This document shows positions 44,013-55,167 of a stretch of DNA of 64,000 bases, piece by piece. The stretch lies in NCBI GenBank assembly GCA_000004985.1, contig GG738884.1. The stretch is one strand, 5' to 3'. Every line of letters begins with the position of its first letter. Within the stretch, counting starts at the first letter, position 1. Both the position numbers and the translations under genes were made by a program. A model generated the notes under the pieces. It worked only from the letters and a program-made list of their open reading frames with translations. It was not told the DNA's origin and did not search any database. Origin of the DNA: Naegleria gruberi. Its lineage: Eukaryota.

Positions 44013-45664
44013 ATGACAACACTTCAGTTGAATGGAGAATGGACAGATAGATATGGCAAAATTTGGAGATCTTCACAAAGTGGTAATACTTTTAATTGGG
44101 TGGAAAATACTACAGGAAGAGTGGCGTCAGGAATTGTTGTTCCTTTGAGTGGGGGTGTTCAATGGATTGTATTTGCAACGTATGTATTAATATAGTTCCG
44201 ATCTGTATAAGTTATTTAGATTTGATGGAACAAAACATTTGAAATATTCAAGCAACAATGGAAATCAACTAATCTCCTCAGTGGACACATTTACTAAGGC
44301 TCCAAGTAATTCTTTTCCCACAGATTTTAACCAATCAATTATCAAAAATGTTCCCTTACTGACTGGGGCTATGTATCAAGATTATTGTGGAATGGTATGT
44401 TAACATAATTTGAGGATAAACAATCAATTACGAAGATTTGGAATTGTTCAAATCATGAGGGTGGTCACTTTGTTTTGAGTAATTTAACTGATGGAAGAAG
44501 CTGTGATGGATATGTAGTGTTTGATATTTACAGAAACGTATTCATTATTTATATTGTATTTGTTAGAAATGGTGTGGAAAATGTCTTCAAATCAGAAGCA
44601 ACAAACCTGAACGAAATGGATTTATCTAATGGAGACTATTTCAGAAGAGTTGGTGGAAATACACCACTTCCTCAACCAGTAGATCCGCCTCTTCTTCCAA
44701 CCACAACTCAACAATTACCTCAACCAACTCCAATTCAAATGCCACCGCAACCAACAACAAGATACTACAGAATTGGTGGTGGAAAAGATGGTGTGTCAAC
44801 ATGGACTAAATGGAATGGTTTACCTTGCCTTACAGTTGTTGAGGGTTGGGAAGTGGTTTTTGAAGTTGACCGTAAGTATCTTTATAATAACAATTTAATA
44901 TCAACAAATCCATAAGAAAATGGAAATATTTCTGGAAGCAATAGAACTGATTACAAGAATACTATGTTAACAAAATACTACAGTGGGACTTTCAAAAATA
45001 ATGTCTTTGATATATCAGCAAAATTCTCTGATGGAAGAGTAATATCATACAAGGTTTGTTGTTGTAAAGTTATGATAATTAATATGTTACTTATATTATA
45101 TTAGGGAAGCTTAACAGGTAATAAGGTTCGAGTGGATTATGTAATTCTTACTCCTGGAAATCTTCAGGGAGGCACGATAGGCGATGGTGGATTCAATGTT
45201 GGAACTTTGTTCGAAACATCAGCCCCTCCATGTCAGCCAAAAACATATACTATTAATGGAAAAACTTATTGGAAAAGATATAATGCACTTCCCAGTGTAA
45301 GTAATTTGAAATTAAGTTGCTCACAAATTTAAAGAGTAGCATTGTGGATGGTTGGATGATGAGTTTTAATGTTGACAGTAAGTTCTCTCAAAATTGAAAT
45401 GTTTATAAAATTTCATTAGAATATGGAAATATTTCTGGAAGTAATAAGAATGCTGGTCAAGCATTTACGAAAACATACAGTGGCACCTTAATTAATAATT
45501 TAATGGATGCAACTGCCAAATGGGATGATGGCAGAACTGCAACATACAAAGGCTCTATTACCAACAATACCATAAAACTTGATTTTATCATTACAGCACC
45601 TGGTACTCAACCAGGTCAATCTGGTGATTCAGGATTTAATACTGGAATAGTTACAAGTAATTAA
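44013..45664 (+). CDS. Intron-dense gene (8 exons) for an internally duplicated lectin-like or beta-sandwich protein of unknown family. Exons 44013..44179, 44220..44394, 44436..44871, 44917..45053, 45105..45296, 45335..45377, 45420..45664.
   Basis: All junctions are GT-AG with introns of 38-51 nt, and the frame is maintained throughout. The protein has two tandem units W.GLP..VV(E/D)GW..F(E/N)VD | (Q/K)(N/Y)GNISGSN...YSGT..NN..D..AK..DGR...YKGS.T.N...D.I.(T/A)PG...G..GD.GFN.G. It has a Pro/Gln/Thr-rich linker and a Trp-rich N-terminal module. Confidence 0.6.
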
Positions 45665-45794
45665 AAAGAATTCAATCCAAACAAATCATCCGCATATTCT
45701 CCTTGTCGTAATTATCCTATTAATAATTTTTATTATTCACCGTTTACCTGTAACTGTTAAATGACGTTTAAGATAATAATAAAAAAATAACAAG

Positions 45795-46238
45795 ATGAGC
45801 TTCTACCACAACGATCATGATGTAGACACCGAACAAGACGATCACAATCACCTCACAGGTGATGAAGTTATTTGGAGAATAATACAAAATGATCAGGAAA
45901 ATATGCATGATCATCAAAGTGGTGGTAAACCTCCAGCCTCTAAAACATTTATGAGAAATATGGAAGTTATTTGGTTTGATCCGGAAGATGCAGAAGATGC
46001 TCAATATAAGGATGAATCATGTCCTATCTGTGGAGAGGAATATAAGAAGGGAGATCAGTGCCATAAATTAGAGGACTGTAATCACTTCTTTCATATCAAG
46101 TGTTTGAAATTGTGGTTTGAAAAACATAATACTTGTCCAATGTGCAGGAAAGATGTTCTCACAGATGACCCTGAATATGAAGAACAAAAATTGGATCCTT
46201 CCAGATTGAAGGATAACATCCACAGCATGTACATGTAA
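45795..46238 (+). CDS. RING-H2 zinc-finger protein (putative E3 ubiquitin ligase), 147 aa
   Basis: CPICGEEY...CHKLEDCNHFFHIKCLKLWFEKHNTCPMCR is a C3H2C3 RING-H2. Confidence 0.75.
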   Translation: MSFYHNDHDVDTEQDDHNHLTGDEVIWRIIQNDQENMHDHQSGGKPPASKTFMRNMEVIWFDPEDAEDAQYKDESCPICGEEYKKGDQCHKLEDCNHFFHIKCLKLWFEKHNTCPMCRKDVLTDDPEYEEQKLDPSRLKDNIHSMYM

Positions 46239-46412
46239 ATATATCGGATATCACAAATTTTGTAAATAATTTAATAATTTGAACAAGTAAATTAATAGAA
46301 TATGAATTACAAACTAGTAATAAATAATAGAATTAAATTTTGATAATTAAACATTCCGATTGTTGACTAATTTCATCAACTTCACCTCTTGCAAAAAAAC
46401 TTATCAAAAAAA

Positions 46413-48083
46413 ATGCTTCCAAAGAAGAGTACTACATTCTCAAAGAATGTTCAACCAATTAGTGATTTTGATGAAGAGGAGGAGGAATACTATCGAGAGG
46501 AGGAATATCAAGGACCAATAGATGAGGATGACGATGAAGAAAATAATTTTGCCTATCCCGATGATGAGGGAAAATCAAAAAAGCCTATTAAACAAAGACA
46601 ACAATCAAAGAAGAAGGCTGTCAAATTTGAGGAAGAAAAACAAAAGAAAAAACCATCAATTCCTAAAAAAACACAAAAAGCTATTTTAGTGTTTAACAAA
46701 CTTGTTGATGATGCCATTCAAAAGATTATATTTTCTATGGCTGATCAGGAATATGTATCCGATATTTATTTGGATTATGTTTGTCAATTATTACAGCCAC
46801 AACATTTTGAAGAAGTTTTGGAAGAGAGAAATGCATCTGGTTTGTGTGGTAATCCTACTTGTTCTAATGAAATTGATGATGAATTGATTGGAAGAAATCC
46901 AAAGTATTATATTGATTTCAATAGATTAGAATTGGTGGATGTTTCAAGTTTTGCAAACAGATTATTTTGCTGTGAAGTTTGTAAAAAGAAATCCTTCCAA
47001 AAGATGAATGCTTGCAGTACATCAATTCCATATACTAGAGATTGTAAAAAATTACTTTTCATGCTTTTCCCTGAAATTGGAGAAGAAAGACTGACATTTA
47101 TTTTGGATCAAGTGAAAGAATCTGTCTTGACAGATCCAAAAGCTACATTGGCTGTTAAGGTCAAAGAAAATGAAAATCCTCAATTGCCAGCAGTTGGTGC
47201 AGAAGATGAGCTTGATTGTGAAACAGATAATATTGAAGGATTCATTCCATCCTATTCAAATGATAAAATTAAGAAGGAAGTTAAAAGAATTGGATACTTC
47301 TTCGAGCCATGCAGTGACAGTGATGGGACTGGTGACGGCATTGATCCTTCTGAACTCAAATTAGAATTATTCCAAGAGTTGTGGACATTCTTCTCCAGAA
47401 TGGTTACTAAATCCACTGTCCAATACTTTAAAGATCTCAATAACCCATCTCAAGAAGCAGAAACTTCCCAAGAAGTGCTACCAAAGAAGGAAAAATCAAA
47501 GATTGACTATAGTGAGTTAAAGGTTTATGAGGATATGTACAAGGAAATGGGCATTGATATTTCAAATGATATTGAGCAATTTAGGCCAACAAATGAAGAA
47601 TTGTATAGTGAAGATGGAGGTGTCATAAGAGATGAAGTGCACATGGTTCGTTTCAGATTATTCTTGCACTCCCTTTATGAGCTTATTCCAACAATTTGTG
47701 ACTCTATTGGATATACCAATCATTCCAAACTAAGACTTCAATTCGAGAAAATTCTCTCAACATTCAACTATGAGTATGCTCTTCCATCTTTGGACCTTAA
47801 AAGATTGAAAATTATTTGTACGGTAATTGTAAAGACATTAATGCTAAAAGATGAAGAATTCAAGCAAGATTTAATTGAAATTAGCGAGAAACCTATTGAG
47901 TTTATCATTCTTGGTCAAAAACCAACTACACCAGTTCAAACCAGAAGAAAAAAGATTACAAATGAGAAAGATTCATTACTAGAGAAAAGTACAGAAAATA
48001 TCAATAATCAGTTGCTGAAAGAAGGAATCAAGGAGGTACAAATTAATCTTTTAACAGATGTTATTATATTTGGGGTTTACTAA
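46413..48083 (+). CDS. RPAP2/Rtr1-family protein (RNA polymerase II CTD phosphatase-like, Rtr1-type zinc finger)
   Basis: Acidic N-terminus, then ...NASGLCGNPTCSNEIDD...RLFCCEVCKK, which matches the Rtr1/RPAP2 zinc-finger pattern. Confidence 0.55.
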   Translation: MLPKKSTTFSKNVQPISDFDEEEEEYYREEEYQGPIDEDDDEENNFAYPDDEGKSKKPIKQRQQSKKKAVKFEEEKQKKKPSIPKKTQKAILVFNKLVDDAIQKIIFSMADQEYVSDIYLDYVCQLLQPQHFEEVLEERNASGLCGNPTCSNEIDDELIGRNPKYYIDFNRLELVDVSSFANRLFCCEVCKKKSFQKMNACSTSIPYTRDCKKLLFMLFPEIGEERLTFILDQVKESVLTDPKATLAVKVKENENPQLPAVGAEDELDCETDNIEGFIPSYSNDKIKKEVKRIGYFFEPCSDSDGTGDGIDPSELKLELFQELWTFFSRMVTKSTVQYFKDLNNPSQEAETSQEVLPKKEKSKIDYSELKVYEDMYKEMGIDISNDIEQFRPTNEELYSEDGGVIRDEVHMVRFRLFLHSLYELIPTICDSIGYTNHSKLRLQFEKILSTFNYEYALPSLDLKRLKIICTVIVKTLMLKDEEFKQDLIEISEKPIEFIILGQKPTTPVQTRRKKITNEKDSLLEKSTENINNQLLKEGIKEVQINLLTDVIIFGVY

Positions 48084-48097
48084 TTTACAAAATTACA

Positions 48098-49224
48098 TTA
48101 TTGTAATAAAAGCTCAGTAGCAAGATGAACATCATTACCTGCTTGTCGTAGAGCCATTTCACAATCTTGTCTCGAAAATCCCATTTGCATTAATTGTTGA
48201 ATATTTTCTTCCGATGCATCTCCACCAGCTCTAATATTTGGTTGTTGATTTTGATTATTATTCAAATTATTCAAAACATCGTTCAATTCTTGTTCGGAAA
48301 TTCCATCTCTTTGATTGTTGTTGATATCATTATTTACACTATTATTGTTGGCATTTGTTGTATTTACAGGACTTCCTTGAATGGTTTGTTTGATTTGATC
48401 TGCCAATGCAAGTACAATCTTTGGGAATTTAATCTTTCTATCCAATTTCAAAACTCTACACAAAATGTATTGATAAATAGTTCCAGCAAGAGCTCCACTA
48501 AGAGCTGGAACTAGAGTTTGTGGGAAGCTACTCAAAATTAATTGGACAAATACTACGTAAATTGTTTGCTTGTCAGTAATTGGAATCATATTAAACAATT
48601 TCAAATTGGCTGTTGATGGAATATCAATAATATAAACCAAAAGAGCAGCAAATAAGAATCCATAAGGTCCACTAATTAACATCTTTCTACTAGTCAATGA
48701 TGACGTAAGAACATATTGCAATATGAAGGATGCATAAGTAGTAAACAAATAGAATTTCTATAATTATTATTATTAAATCAATTGATCACAATCAATCAAT
48801 AGCAATAGAACCAACATATTCATCGGAATAATGATTATTCAATCCATTATTGATTGCTTTCATTAAATATAAAACTACTTACAGCAAACTTTTGTGATCC
48901 CCAATGCCTTTCAAACAAACGGAAAAAGTAAATTGCAATACAACCCAATAACAATTCAATATTAGTTGAAAAAACAAAATGTCCAGTAAATCCATATTGT
49001 ACTATCGATCTAAAAACTGATAATTTAGGAGAAAAATCCAATCGATCCCTTCCGAGAAGAGCCTTCATAAAATTCAATATCACCACAAGTCCTAGTATAG
49101 ATTTAGAAAATGGAGCATTTGTAAATCCTGATGTTGTTCTCAGTGAATGTTGATGTTGTTGATGCAAGGCTTGGAGATTTGTTGGTCGTTGTTGATGATT
49201 ATTAGCTGCTTGTGGAGGAATCAT
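48098..49224 (-). CDS. UBAC2/Dsc2-like rhomboid-fold pseudoprotease with a C-terminal UBA domain. Exons 49224..48883 and 48757..48098.
   Basis: Multi-TM N-terminal half joined across a 125-nt GTAAGT..TATAG intron (...HWGSQKFA|KFYLFTTYASF...). The C-terminus EENIQQLMQMGFSRQDCEMALRQAGNDVHLATELLLQ is a UBA domain. Confidence 0.6.
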
Positions 49225-49710
49225 TTTTTTCTTCTAATTGAACACGTGTATTATTAATATAATTATTAATATAATTATCAACAATACAAGAAAAAGGAGT
49301 TTTGTGTTTATTGTCCTTGTAAGACCGCTGATCGTATGGAGTTGCCTTCTTCATCTGCTTTGAGATTAAATCTTACTGATCTGTGCTCTACTACTGACCG
49401 CATGTTCTCAATTGTTATCACACCATTCATCTCATTAACCTCAAACCTTACTCAATGTAAACAACTCACAATCGGCTGCTGTTTCTTGCTGTTTGACTAT
49501 TTTTTTCCCGCTGTTCAAAACCGTTACTCATTTTAAAAATATGATTTCTCATCAAGCATTGTTCTTCTCTCCATCACAAACTAGACCGCTTTTACCATCA
49601 ATACAACAAAAGTAGTACTCCAACCACTTCAAATAGTCTTGTACTGCTGTACTCTTCTGTTATTGCATACGGAAGAGCAGTTGAAGTTGTTTTTAAAAGC
49701 AAGAAAAAAA

Positions 49711-50751
49711 ATGTCCACAACAGCAATCTTTAGGGATGCACCTAATTCATCATCAACCATGATGGAAGCATCGTTTTCATCCTCTTCATCATCAGTAGCA
49801 TCTCCATTCGCCAACTCTAGTCAGAAATTATTTTGGATATTTAAAGAAAAGGAGGAAATGATTAGAGTACGTGATAATGCTAAACTTCGGGTTCAAAAAG
49901 AAATATTGGATCTTCAAGAAAAGTATACTGATAAAAAGTTGGTTGCTGATGATCTGCTAACACCAGAAGAAGAATCTATTATTGTACAAAAATATTGTGG
50001 AATTTTGTTTGAAATTTCTACACAACTGGGTTATCCATTACACGTAAAGGCAACAGCTTTATCCTTTATGAAAAGATTTTATTTGAAACATTCTGTTATG
50101 GAATATGATATTGTATTTATGATGTTAACATGTATTTTCTTGGCAACCAAGACAGAGGAAAAGTTTGTTGCTCTTGCCAATTTTTTGGAAAAGGTGAATG
50201 AAATTGTTTCTGATGCTTCAAGCTTAACTACACAAATCATTTTCAAATATGAACTTGTATTACTTCAAGGATTAGAATTCCATTTAATGGTTTATCATCC
50301 ATATCGTTCACTTTATGCATATGTTCACGATTTACATGATGTTGGAGGTGATGCTATTTATATGGATGCTCAAACAAAAATTACAGAAATTATCAAAATG
50401 ACAGATGCAATCTTTTTATTTTCTCCTTCTGTGGTTGCTCTTGGTAGTTTGTATATGACACATCCAGATATTACAAAGAATTTTATTTCAAAAATGTTTA
50501 AAGAACAAGAGGTTCAATTAATGAATCAAATTAATCAATTGTGTGAAATGGCTGCTACACCTGTGGAAAAATCAAAAGTAAAGACAGCCGATAAGAAATT
50601 AAAGAAAATTAGAAAGTTCTTAAAACCTCAATTAGAAGAATTAGAGGAACAATACAGCAAACAAATTGCAGAAGAACAACGAGTAAGAAGAGAACAAAAG
50701 TATCAACACAGAGATAGACAACAACAAGAGGAACAAAGAAAATTTTTGTAA
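49711..50751 (+). CDS. CCNH: Cyclin H (CDK7 partner)
   Basis: NSSQKLFWIFKEKEEM...YCGILFEI...FMKRFYLKHSVMEYDIVFMMLTCIFLATK is collinear with human cyclin H (NSSQKRHWTF...[29 protein letters not shown]). Confidence 0.8.
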   Translation: MSTTAIFRDAPNSSSTMMEASFSSSSSSVASPFANSSQKLFWIFKEKEEMIRVRDNAKLRVQKEILDLQEKYTDKKLVADDLLTPEEESIIVQKYCGILFEISTQLGYPLHVKATALSFMKRFYLKHSVMEYDIVFMMLTCIFLATKTEEKFVALANFLEKVNEIVSDASSLTTQIIFKYELVLLQGLEFHLMVYHPYRSLYAYVHDLHDVGGDAIYMDAQTKITEIIKMTDAIFLFSPSVVALGSLYMTHPDITKNFISKMFKEQEVQLMNQINQLCEMAATPVEKSKVKTADKKLKKIRKFLKPQLEELEEQYSKQIAEEQRVRREQKYQHRDRQQQEEQRKFL

Positions 50752-50790
50752 ACATTTCAACTCTTTGGTTTGGAATCAAAGAATAAAATG

Positions 50791-51696
50791 TTAACAATTA
50801 ATATCAATATCAGACAGCTGATTATTCACACATTTCAATAGCAATCTATCACCATAATATGGAGAACGTTTCAAATGATCAAACAATAGGTACTTCAATG
50901 AATAGAAAATAAGATCGTGTAAGCAATTATTTCCATGTGTAAATCCATAGAATGGACCATATAATAATTTCTTTGTTTTGTGTAGTACGAGAGAGTATTG
51001 TTCCTTCTGTGTTGGATGCTGACCTATCCATAACCAATCGTCAACATTTTTAGATTGAAGTTTGTTAATTGATGAAAAGGCCGAAATTCCAAACTCTAAT
51101 GTTGTGTTGCATCTATTTCTTGATTTTGAATATAGATTAAGAAATTGATCAAATAACTCCACTCTTTTCAATGAATTTAACAATTTCACATTAAAACGCA
51201 TTGAAGATCCACTACATGTTCCATTCTTCAAATATCCCAATTTAATCGATGCACTACTTGCTGCAAACATTATTGCAATCTTTTCTCTATCCACAAATTC
51301 TCTAATTATTTCACCAAGTTTTGAATTTTCCCAATCATGCTCAACTTGACCAGATTTCAATGTAAACAACAGCAAATCATATTCTTTTAAAATTGATCTG
51401 ATTTTCGATTCGTTTGATTGACATAGCTCAGCTAGATCAACTTTATCCAAACTTTTCAGTATAAATTGCTTGTCATTGGTTGGATAATAGCAACATTGTT
51501 CCGATTGATGAGAATATTTGACATTTCCAACATGATAGGGTGGTTGTAAGAAACACATTAGTTTCTCTTCAATGCATTTTAGGAAGTGGTCGGAGTCATG
51601 AGTTGCTGAGAAGATGATCAGGGCGTTTTTCATGCAATTAGAAGGTTGGTCACTCTTTCCTAGTGAGATTAGTTTAACTTGCTTTTGTTTCGGCAT
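50791..51696 (-). CDS. Hypothetical conserved protein, 301 aa, family not recognised
   Basis: Intron-free ORF. Its 5' start lies 180 bp from the divergently transcribed PAS-domain gene. Confidence 0.45.
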   Translation of the reverse strand: MPKQKQVKLISLGKSDQPSNCMKNALIIFSATHDSDHFLKCIEEKLMCFLQPPYHVGNVKYSHQSEQCCYYPTNDKQFILKSLDKVDLAELCQSNESKIRSILKEYDLLLFTLKSGQVEHDWENSKLGEIIREFVDREKIAIMFAASSASIKLGYLKNGTCSGSSMRFNVKLLNSLKRVELFDQFLNLYSKSRNRCNTTLEFGISAFSSINKLQSKNVDDWLWIGQHPTQKEQYSLVLHKTKKLLYGPFYGFTHGNNCLHDLIFYSLKYLLFDHLKRSPYYGDRLLLKCVNNQLSDIDINC

Positions 51697-51875
51697 TTTT
51701 CTAATAATTTATTTCATTAAATTGTTAATAATAGTTCCAATAATTCAAATTAAATAATTAGTTAACACAACAATAAAAGTGAAAGCTGTGAAAATGGCTA
51801 TCAAACAATAACCATTTTAGTTTCCCATTCCAAATAGTCTAATTTAAACTATTTAAAAAAAAATAGACGAAACAA

Positions 51876-53732
51876 ATGCCATTCCGAAAAGACTTTCTTC
51901 GTTATACAATAGCCAAAGTTAAAACAACCTTTGATGATAAATGGAGTGAACGTCTCTTTGTCATTACGAGAGAGGAAGTACTCAACACTTCCATTTCCAT
52001 TGGAAGTCGATTAATTGGTGCTTCTTCATCATCAAGAAATTTAATGGGGGGTGGAGTTTCGAATAGTGGTAGTGGCAATAGCAGCAATAATACATATTTT
52101 GTTTATTCTGTTGAAATTTATAGATTGAAAGATGAGGCAATAATCAAGATGGCTATTGCTGATTATGAAAATCATTCCAATAATAATAATAATAATAGTA
52201 ATAATAGTAATAATAATAGTGGAATGTTGAGTCATTCTAATTCGTTTATTGGTGGAGTTTCGAATAATGGTAAATTAATTTCATCTCTTTCACCAAAAAC
52301 CAAGTCAACACTTCACAGGGATATTAAATTAATGTCAGCAAAAGAATTGACCAATAGAAACAATACTATTATATTGTTTTTTGAAAAACCAATTTATGTG
52401 AATTTTAAAACTGAAAGTGATTATGTGGATTGGTATGAATATGTTTCTAAAATTATTGGAAGTGAAGAGTCGAGTGTTAAGGAGGGAATTGGAGCAATTA
52501 TTGAGAGTATTACTGATGCTTGTGTTGTGAGTGATGCTGATGGAATAATTACTGCTTTTAATACACAGGCAGAGAAATTGTTTGGCTATTCGAAAGAGGA
52601 AGTTATTGATAAGAATGTAAATGTGGCAGTTTTAATGCCAGAAAGTTATGCCAAATACCATCAACAAATTTTAACAAGATATAACAAACATAGAAATAGA
52701 ACAATTATTGGAAAACCAAGAAATTTATTGGCCAAACATAAACTTGGACACAAAATGCCAATTATTATCAATGTTGGTGAAGTTCAAGACTCAAATCCTC
52801 AATCAAAATACAGATATATTGCCATGTTTCGTGATTCAATGTGGAGAGTTATTAATTATATGAATCAGGGAGCTAGTAGTAATGATGAGAGTTCATCAAC
52901 AAGTGATATACTTCCAAGTGTTGCAATGGATCCATCATTCCACGATACTCATAGAAGCGCAGAGAAATTAAAACTTCAAATTCAAAAGAGGACAAAGACT
53001 GAAATTTCCAAATTTGAGGAAGAAAGTTTGAGAATGGTGGAAGAATTACTTAAAATGTTACAATCAGTTTCATCGACTATTAATATTTTGGAAACAGAGA
53101 AGGAAAGACTTGATATGTTATTTTGTGAATTACAAGAGAAATCAGTTCACACTGAACAAGTACTGAAAGAAGCTCAATCAACAAGTCAAATTTATCAAAC
53201 CTATCGAAAATTGTTAGATAATTTCCTTCATTTTGACAAGATAACAGATATGGCACAGGATCAACTCTCTAGAGATTGTCTTTCTTGTTGGAAACAAATT
53301 CAAATGTTCAAGAAGGCAAGTAGAGCTTTTGATCAACAACAAAAATTCAAAAATATGGTTTCACATGCTGGAGAGATTACAAGAAGAGCTAGAACAAATT
53401 CAGTTTCATCTGACGCTAAATTGGAAAACATGTTCTCGAATATTACAAAACCAGAAATTATTTCATTAGCAGTTCAACTATTCGACAAGTTCTTAACTAA
53501 CTATGAAAAGGGAGAGGAACCAATATCCAAACATCACTCTACGAGTTATACATCTTCAGTTATTTCAGTAGTCACACCACACGTATTACCAGTCATTAAG
53601 GGAGCACTTATCAAGTGGAACAATCAGCTATCGAATAGTGGAATTGATTCGACTAGTATTTCTCCTGAGCTATTCTATTTTGTTGAGAAGGATATTCTTG
53701 ATTTTTTAAAGAATGATCCGATCAAAAACTAG
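51876..53732 (+). CDS. PAS-domain signalling protein with an N-terminal PH-like region and a C-terminal coiled coil, 618 aa
   Basis: The central segment GIGAIIESITDACVVSDADGIITAFNTQAEKLFGYSKEEVIDKNVNVAVLMPE...YRYIAMFRD is a PAS fold. It has a poly-Asn/Ser linker. Confidence 0.55.
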   Translation: MPFRKDFLRYTIAKVKTTFDDKWSERLFVITREEVLNTSISIGSRLIGASSSSRNLMGGGVSNSGSGNSSNNTYFVYSVEIYRLKDEAIIKMAIADYENHSNNNNNNSNNSNNNSGMLSHSNSFIGGVSNNGKLISSLSPKTKSTLHRDIKLMSAKELTNRNNTIILFFEKPIYVNFKTESDYVDWYEYVSKIIGSEESSVKEGIGAIIESITDACVVSDADGIITAFNTQAEKLFGYSKEEVIDKNVNVAVLMPESYAKYHQQILTRYNKHRNRTIIGKPRNLLAKHKLGHKMPIIINVGEVQDSNPQSKYRYIAMFRDSMWRVINYMNQGASSNDESSSTSDILPSVAMDPSFHDTHRSAEKLKLQIQKRTKTEISKFEEESLRMVEELLKMLQSVSSTINILETEKERLDMLFCELQEKSVHTEQVLKEAQSTSQIYQTYRKLLDNFLHFDKITDMAQDQLSRDCLSCWKQIQMFKKASRAFDQQQKFKNMVSHAGEITRRARTNSVSSDAKLENMFSNITKPEIISLAVQLFDKFLTNYEKGEEPISKHHSTSYTSSVISVVTPHVLPVIKGALIKWNNQLSNSGIDSTSISPELFYFVEKDILDFLKNDPIKN

Positions 53733-54192
53733 TAATTGATATTGTAAATTAAATAATAGTTAAGATTTTCTCTAAAGATTTCCTTGGCAAATGGGGTAGA
53801 ATTAGATCTCAATAAGCTAAATTAAATGTTGTTGTGTAACGTTGATTTGCATTGTTTCATGAAAATGAATGGCTACGGCCTGAGGTTGGAGACAACTTGG
53901 GAACCTGTGGTGCTGTAGTCTTTTATCTTAAAATTGATTTTCTTCATTTCGTTTTGTGATTGGAAATTTTCCATCAAAAAGAACTGGGGTTGTTTCACCA
54001 ATAGAACGTGCGTCGTGCCTTACTTTTTTAACAAGAAACAACAAGGAATTTGACTTGTTGTTTCAGCTTTAAGCTTTTTGGAGTGATCAATAGTATAACC
54101 AATTTCTGGCAGTGCACTTTTGCTTCATTTTTTACATCTTTTTCTGTTGAACAACACCATTATATGATTCCGTTGACAAAAAAAAACAAACC

Positions 54193-54942
54193 ATGCCAGC
54201 TGACCCACCATTAATTCCAACAGTGCGCTTTGATGTTACTTTTCCGTCTTCTGCAAGCTTAGTAACAATTAAGAATGTTAAAACAAAGAATATGGCAAGG
54301 TTTGCAAATATTCGGTCTGACTCAGCCTTTAAATTTAAAACTCTTCAAAAGGGGTTTCCTGACAGACACGGATATCAAGTGTTTGTACAAATGGAGAAAG
54401 AAAAAACCAACAAAGAGGAACTAAAGGAAACCAATTCTCACATTAATGCAATTGAAGATTATTTGAGGCTTGAAGGCGTGCACCATCATACAAACGGGGT
54501 ACAAAAAACATCTGGCCTAAACATGGAGTGGGAATTGTTGACTCTAGACCATATTTCCTCTGTTGTTGTAAACAAGGAATATGATAAGTATCTTTCAGGG
54601 GAAATTTATGAAAAGAATTTAACAAAGATACCAGAGCTAGCAGAGATAACAAAAGAAGAAAGAAATGAAATAGTCCAACTAAACAAGAAAGAAAGAGCAA
54701 AGAATAGAGCTAGCAGTGAGCAAGAGTCAGACACAACAACACCAAAAAGAAAAAACTCATTCCACAATCCAATTTCAAAGAAAAGCAAATTAGAGAACAA
54801 TTCAACTATTGATGAAAAGATAACAATGATGTCAGAATTGATAAAGGAGAACCACAAAAAGGTAGATGAATACATGAAAAACAACCAAGAAACGATGAAT
54901 TCAATTAAGGAGCTTTTGGTTGTGTTGGTAAATAAGCAATAA
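54193..54942 (+). CDS. Hypothetical Lys/Glu-rich protein, 249 aa
   Basis: Intron-free ORF with an ATG in good context. No domain recognised. Confidence 0.4.
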   Translation: MPADPPLIPTVRFDVTFPSSASLVTIKNVKTKNMARFANIRSDSAFKFKTLQKGFPDRHGYQVFVQMEKEKTNKEELKETNSHINAIEDYLRLEGVHHHTNGVQKTSGLNMEWELLTLDHISSVVVNKEYDKYLSGEIYEKNLTKIPELAEITKEERNEIVQLNKKERAKNRASSEQESDTTTPKRKNSFHNPISKKSKLENNSTIDEKITMMSELIKENHKKVDEYMKNNQETMNSIKELLVVLVNKQ

Positions 54943-55167
54943 TGTAACATAAATTTGTAAATAAATGTAAATATAATAGCAATTACCTAGTAAGTAGTGT
55001 AATGATGTTGATTTGGGGGAATGTTTAGCTGTGCTGGATAGTTTACTAACTTGAATTAAATTAATTCATGTTTAGCTGTGCTGGATGGTGTTGATGTAAT
55101 TAGTTGACAGGATAACTTTGTTCCCAACTTATCTGACCTCTAAGGATCAATTATTTTAATTTTACTT

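Noticed and set aside
44180-44435. 16-nt and 20-nt mini-introns in the lectin-like gene
   Set aside because: Alternative acceptors 20-25 nt further downstream give canonical 40-41-nt introns in the same phase. A 29-nt GT..AG stretch inside exon 3 is kept as coding because its removal breaks the frame.
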